Shown here piece after piece: positions 57,213 to 62,047 of a stretch of DNA of 62,047 nucleotides. The DNA is taken from positions 1-62,047 of the forward strand of contig JBEKPL010000004.1 of NCBI GenBank assembly GCA_049520815.1, read 5' to 3'. A program made the position numbers and the translations under genes. The DNA comes from Candidatus Limnocylindrales bacterium (GTDB taxonomy: Bacteria; Chloroflexota; Limnocylindria; Limnocylindrales; CSP1-4). The notes beneath the pieces are model-generated. The model was not told the DNA's origin. It saw only the letters and a program-made list of their open reading frames with translations, and made no database searches. The first letter of the stretch is position 1. Each line of letters opens with the position of its first letter.

Positions 57213-59783
57213 CTACTCGTGCTGCAGCGCCCGAACGATCGAAATGCGGCTGGCCAGTCCGGCGGGGTAGATCGACGCCGCGATACTGACCAGGACGCCG
57301 AAAACCACCGCCAGCGCGATCGACACCCACGGCGGCTCGAAGACGAGCCCGAAGCCTCCACTGGACCAGCCAACCAGGAGCGCTCCGGCGATCAACCCGA
57401 CCAGCGCCCCGACGATCGCGCCGCAGATGCCGAGCAGGCCGGCTTCCACCACGACCATGCCCCAAACCTGGCCGCTGGTCATGCCGGTGGCGCGAAGCAC
57501 GCCGATCTCGCGGACCCGCTCCAGGACGCTCATCGAGTACGTGTTCGCCATGCCCAGGCCGGCCACCAGGACCGCGATCAGGGCCAGCGCATCGAGAAGG
57601 CGGAAGATGCGATCCAGGGCATCGCCGACGGTTCCCTGCACGCGGTCCAGGGAGCTGGGCTCGAGGGCGTACAGCGCGGCCGCGGCATCGAGCGCCTCTC
57701 GTGACGACGACTCCTGCCCTGGCCCATACCGAACCGCGTAGAAGTCGGCCCCGGTGGCACCGAACGGCCCAAGAGCATCCGGCCAGCCGATGAGGATCGC
57801 CTCCTCGGCCCCGGCCGGTATCGAGTGGGCAACGATGCCCGCCACCCGCAGCCGGGTCGGCGTGGGGCCTGTATCGAACGCCAGCTCGTCGCCCACGCGA
57901 ATTCCGACCTGATCCGCCAGCGACCTGGGAACGATGACTGAGCCGCCGGCGTCGAGCGCCGCCAGAGCCGCCGTCCGATCGCCCCCGTCAGAGACGAAGA
58001 CCAGCCGTCCGTCGGTCAGGTAGTCGCCACCCACGATGGCGGCCGCTTCCTGGCGCACGCCCTGATACGGAACCCCGAACAACCCGATCGGCGATACGGA
58101 CTTCACGCCCGGCATGCGGGCCAGCTCGTCGCGAATCGGGTCCGACGTGGAAACCGGGCGTATCGAGGTCAGCAGCTCACTCCCCGGTATCGTCTCGGCA
58201 AGCCAGGCGGCGCCGATCTTGCGCATGTCCTGCGCCGCGGTTCCCAGGGCCACGACCATGGCCAGGCCGACAACGAGCGCCCCGGCAGTGAGGGCGGTGC
58301 GACTCGGGTCGCGGGCCAGAGAGCTGCGGGCCAGGCGCTCCTCGTTGCGGAAGATCCGGAATGGAATGCCCGCAACTCGCACCAACGGCCCCAGGAGACG
58401 GGGCACCAGCAGGACCGCAAGGAGCAGCGAGCCGTAGACCGCGAGCGGACCCCACAAGCCCGACACGCCGCCCGAGGTCACGGCTCCTCTGCGGACCTCT
58501 CCGCCGCTGCCGCTGGGCCAGATTGCCAGGGCCACAACCGCCACGACTCCGAAGACCAAAGCGAGCCAGCGCAGCCGGACCGCCCCGGCCGCCCCTCCGG
58601 CGAGACCGCGGCGAAGCGCGTCCACAGGCGGGATGCGGCCCGCTCGCCAGGCCGGCTCCAGTGATGCGGCCAGGGTGACCGCAACGCCGATGACAGCGGC
58701 CAGGGCGACGGAGCCGGCCGATATGCTCGGTGCGGCCAGGGTGATTGGCCCTGAGGACTGCACCGAGGAGAGGGTCAGAGCGGCCAGGGCCACACCGCCC
58801 AGGACGCCCAGCACCGAGCCCACGCCACCCAGGACGAGAGCCTGCAGCAGGACGACGCTCATGACCTGCGAGCGGGTGGTTCCAGCGGCACGCAGCAGTC
58901 CTATCTCCCGGGTCCGCTCCGCAACCGTCATCGAGAGGGTGTTGAAGATGAGGAACGCGGCGGCGAAAAGGACGACGGCGGCAACCAGCAGCAGGGCACT
59001 GCGGAAGTCGGCCATCTCCGCCCTGAGCGAGTTGGCCACGTCGGCCTGCTTGGACAGAAGGTACGGCTCGCTGGTGATCGTCGCCTCCAGCCGGCCGATC
59101 AATGCGTCGGCGGACGTGCCCGCCTCCGCGCCCAGGTCCACCCGGCTCACGCCCGTCGTCCCGAAGAGGGTCTGGGCCGACCCGAGTGGAACGACGACCA
59201 GGCGGCCGCCGGCATCCGGGAGCGGACCGTCGCCGGCGACGATGCCAACGATGAGGTAGGGCTGCGGGCCCGCGGCAACCGTCCCGTTGAGCGAGATCGA
59301 GTTCCCTACTCCGAGCCGCTCCTGCGCCGCCATGGTCTCGGTGATCAGTGCGGACTGGTTGTCGGTAGCGGCGAGAAGCCGGCCGGAAGTCAACGGCATG
59401 TCGTGGAGCGCAATCTCGCGCACCGGGTCGATGCCCAGCACGGTCACCGGAGCCGGAAGCTTGGCCGAGGCCGTCTGGCTCGGGCTCGCGGCCAGATAGG
59501 TCTTCCGTTGCAGGGCCGGGGCGGCCACCGAGACGCCCACGGTCTTCTCCGCGACGAGGACCGCCGCCGGGCTCAGGCCGCGCTCCTCGAGGGCCCCTAT
59601 CCGCACAACGGCCCGGCCGATCTCGTCCGACGCGGCACGGTCCACGGCCGCGTCCATCGTCGCACCGGCCGAGAGCGAAGCGAACAACACGGCCACGCCC
59701 AGGGCCACGCCGACGATCGTCAGGAAGCTGCGCAGCGATCGGGCGCGCAGGCTCCGCCACGCCAGCGATGAGAGGCGCCTCAC
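57213..59783 (-). CDS. ABC transporter permease, FtsX/MacB-like (duplicated)
   Basis: Two ERxREIGxLRAxG motifs and two periplasmic domains. Confidence 0.92.
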   Translation of the reverse strand: MRRLSSLAWRSLRARSLRSFLTIVGVALGVAVLFASLSAGATMDAAVDRAASDEIGRAVVRIGALEERGLSPAAVLVAEKTVGVSVAAPALQRKTYLAASPSQTASAKLPAPVTVLGIDPVREIALHDMPLTSGRLLAATDNQSALITETMAAQERLGVGNSISLNGTVAAGPQPYLIVGIVAGDGPLPDAGGRLVVVPLGSAQTLFGTTGVSRVDLGAEAGTSADALIGRLEATITSEPYLLSKQADVANSLRAEMADFRSALLLVAAVVLFAAAFLIFNTLSMTVAERTREIGLLRAAGTTRSQVMSVVLLQALVLGGVGSVLGVLGGVALAALTLSSVQSSGPITLAAPSISAGSVALAAVIGVAVTLAASLEPAWRAGRIPPVDALRRGLAGGAAGAVRLRWLALVFGVVAVVALAIWPSGSGGEVRRGAVTSGGVSGLWGPLAVYGSLLLAVLLVPRLLGPLVRVAGIPFRIFRNEERLARSSLARDPSRTALTAGALVVGLAMVVALGTAAQDMRKIGAAWLAETIPGSELLTSIRPVSTSDPIRDELARMPGVKSVSPIGLFGVPYQGVRQEAAAIVGGDYLTDGRLVFVSDGGDRTAALAALDAGGSVIVPRSLADQVGIRVGDELAFDTGPTPTRLRVAGIVAHSIPAGAEEAILIGWPDALGPFGATGADFYAVRYGPGQESSSREALDAAAALYALEPSSLDRVQGTVGDALDRIFRLLDALALIAVLVAGLGMANTYSMSVLERVREIGVLRATGMTSGQVWGMVVVEAGLLGICGAIVGALVGLIAGALLVGWSSGGFGLVFEPPWVSIALAVVFGVLVSIAASIYPAGLASRISIVRALQHE

Positions 59784-59786
59784 GGG

Positions 59787-60614
59787 CTACAGGCCCAGTT
59801 GGGCGAGGCGAGCGATGAGCGGTCCGGCGCGCCGATCGGTCCGGCGACCCAGCTCGATCTCGTCCCGGATCTTGCCGTCGCCCACAACCAGGACGCGGTC
59901 GGCATGCGCGGCAGCTCGGGCTTCGTGGGTCACGAGCACGATGGTCTGGCCCAGCTCGTCGCAGGAACGCCACAGCTGGACGAGGATCTGACCGCCCGTG
60001 GCGTAGTCCAGGTTGCCCGTGGGTTCGTCGGCAAGCAGGATCGCGGGCCGGGAGACGAGAGCCCTGGCCAGAGCCACTCGCTGCTGCTCGCCGGCCGAGA
60101 GCTGGTCGGGCCGGTTGTGCTCGCGGCCGAGGAGATCCACGAGCCCCAGGACTTCGCTGATCCGGGCCGCTGCGTCTCCGTGGCGCGGGTCGACGCCGGC
60201 GATCGTGAAGGGCAGGGCCACGTTCTCATAGACGTCGAGAAGCGGAATGAGGTTGAAGAACTGGAAGACGAAGCCTGTCTTCTCGCGTCGAAGGCGGGTC
60301 GCCTGCGCGTCGCTCAGGCGGCTGATCACCTCACCGTCGAGCACGACCTCGCCGCTGGTGGGCCTGTCGAGCCCGCCGAGCAGCTGGAGCAGCGTGCTCT
60401 TGCCGGCCCCGGAGGGTCCCATCAGGGCCACGAACTCGCCTCGGCGAACCTGGAGCGAGACGCCTCGCAAGGCCTGAACCTCGCGGCTGCCCAGGCGATA
60501 GCTCTTGGTCAGGTTGCGGGCCTCGAGGATCGTGCCGTCCGAACTCGACGGGGCGCGACCCGGTGCGGGAGAGAGCGCCTCTGGTTGAGACCGAACCGGC
60601 GGTTGGCTAGGCAC
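59787..60614 (-). CDS. ABC transporter ATP-binding protein (LolD/MacB-like)
   Basis: [16 protein letters not shown] and ADEPTGNLD. Confidence 0.95.
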   Translation of the reverse strand: MPSQPPVRSQPEALSPAPGRAPSSSDGTILEARNLTKSYRLGSREVQALRGVSLQVRRGEFVALMGPSGAGKSTLLQLLGGLDRPTSGEVVLDGEVISRLSDAQATRLRREKTGFVFQFFNLIPLLDVYENVALPFTIAGVDPRHGDAAARISEVLGLVDLLGREHNRPDQLSAGEQQRVALARALVSRPAILLADEPTGNLDYATGGQILVQLWRSCDELGQTIVLVTHEARAAAHADRVLVVGDGKIRDEIELGRRTDRRAGPLIARLAQLGL

Positions 60615-60677
60615 GCCCGCAGTGTAGTCAATCGTGAGCCAGGGGGTAGAGGCGGGGCGTGCAGCCCGCGGCCGCTT

Positions 60678-60906
60678 CTACCAGCCGAAGAAGCCGCCGA
60701 ACAACCAGTGGAGAATCGAGTCGATCGGTCCAGAGGAGACCGGCCTCTCGCGGACCCGAAGGCTCGTGACCGCGCCGGCCGCGGGCGACCCAGCGGGCGT
60801 GGCGGACGGCACGGCCGCAGATGCGGTGGCCGTCGGGGCCGGCAGCGCTTCAGGCATCGTCGGAGCGACCGTCGACGGGCTCGGCGTTGGCTGGTCGCTC
60901 GGGGTC
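60678..60906 (-). pseudogene. Orphan 3' end of a host-like gene (Pro/Ser/Thr/Ala linker plus aromatic C-terminus)
   Basis: TPSDQPTPSPSTVAPT...IDSILHWLFGGFFGW* in GC-rich DNA. Its 5' part is replaced by low-GC sequence. Confidence 0.5.
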
Positions 60907-61896
60907 GATCGCCTCGAGCACATGATGGCCCACCATAATCCCCGCGTTCGCAGTGCCCTGCTGGAGGATCTGATCCAAGACGGCCATGTCCTCGGAGACG
61001 AATTGTCGCAGAGGGGTAACCTCCCTCACCACCTCCTCATGGACATCCACCCTCCCATTCGTCGGAATCACTCCGTGGGAATCCCGTCGGTAGTCGGCGC
61101 GATACCCGAAGTGCTTGGCAAAGGTGATGATCCCGTGGGCATTGAGCACGCGAACAAATTCCTCCAAGCGCGGGAGCTCCGCCTCTATTCCGTGATGGTA
61201 ATCCACCTGAGGGCCAAAGACGCCATTGACTGCCATGCGCGTCACGAGAAAATCTTTGTCACCTGCGGCGTCTGTGTAATGGGACGCAAGCGAGGCATTA
61301 TAGCCTTCCCTGTAGGCATTCCAATCCATGAAAACCCAGGGGAGGAGCGTAACCTGAATCGTGCATGCCCCAGTCTCGAGGATCGCCCTGATTCGCATGC
61401 GGTCGACTGAGGTGTAAATATAAGCATTCAGCGCGCCAATCGAAGAGAAATTCATAAGGAGGGAGGGACGCAAGGCGATGCCGCCTATCCCATACGGAAA
61501 GCTCCTATTAATCTTCGCGGGCAAATCCTCTCGAAAGCCAGCATCGAATGGAAGGTGAAACCTGACCCCAAAGGCGCGATCAACAATATGGTCAAGCGAA
61601 AAGTCCCGATCCGCTCCTAACACCAAACGCTGGGACGTACTGTCTGCTTCGCTTAGTGCCTCTAGGACCGCCTTTCGTCTCACCGAGGCGTTCTCGCATT
61701 GTTTCGCGTCGAGCCGGTGAGAGATTGGAAGAGAGTGTACAGCGGTCCCGTCCATGCCCCTAGAAAGCTGAATCGCCCGATACAGCCTGAGGCTATACGT
61801 TGGAACATGAAAGACAACGGACCACCGGAATGCTAGGAGGAAAAGCAAGATCATCCCGGCAATCGCGATACGCTTTCCCTTCTTGAGGCTGCTCAT
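60850..61896 (-). pseudogene. Low-GC glycoside hydrolase family 3 (NagZ-like) gene, apparently 3'-truncated
   Basis: N-terminal TM, AKHF...DSH and IMVGH...AIDPERPA. It ends before the usual ITDD-type nucleophile segment. Visibly more AT-rich than the rest of the window. Confidence 0.6.
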
Positions 61897-62047
61897 GCTT
61901 ACCTGTTAGCTCCTGGCACTCGCTGGTCGCCTAAGGCGCGCCTTCCCTGCCCGCTGATCAACAAGCCCGCCTGTTACCGGTCGGCGCCGGCGCACTAGAA
62001 CTCCTGACCCTTGACATCTGATAGATCATATAACCTTCGCCCTCCTC

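Noticed and set aside
60634-61410. 258-aa plus-strand ORF spanning the GC junction
   Set aside because: It is antisense to the GH3-like gene, which has recognisable motifs. This frame has none.
62011-62036. Sigma70 promoter TTGACA...TAACCT at the window end
   Set aside because: The spacer is only 12-14 nt and the downstream gene is outside the window, so it cannot be supported.

Overview
GC-rich bacterial chromosomal window, probably Chloroflexota and possibly Ca. Limnocylindria-like. The taxonomy is inferred from gene style and content and is not proven. Most of it is housekeeping: serS, class I lysS, greA, argR, uppP, K+-independent hppA, lepB, ndk, an M16 peptidase, an NCS2 permease, coaX-coaBC-panB-panC, gdhA, degV, lhr, an FMN-type glutamate synthase, ku, bioY and an ABC exporter. 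There is one tRNA-Ser(UGA). I found no CRISPR array, integrase or transposase. The unexplained structure is mostly non-coding or small. (1) Two integrase-less cassette-like inserts are bounded by copies of tRNA 3' ends. One is a 587-bp insert at tRNA-Ser carrying an unannotated 43-aa membrane sORF. The other is a 1371-bp unit between two identical 25-bp tRNA-Pro-like cores carrying a mosaic lipoprotein gene. (2) An 89-bp long-hairpin repeat occurs in three copies with a compensatory base-pair change, bracketing a GNAT gene in inverted orientation. (3) A ~185-nt 6S-like structured RNA candidate lies between argR and greA. (4) An AcuC/HDAC deacetylase is fused to a GNAT acetyltransferase domain. 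(5) At the right end, an abrupt junction joins a low-GC truncated GH3 gene to a host-like gene tail. Several start codons were re-assigned from the ORF track using RBS or -10 evidence. All family calls are from motif recognition by eye, not database searches.
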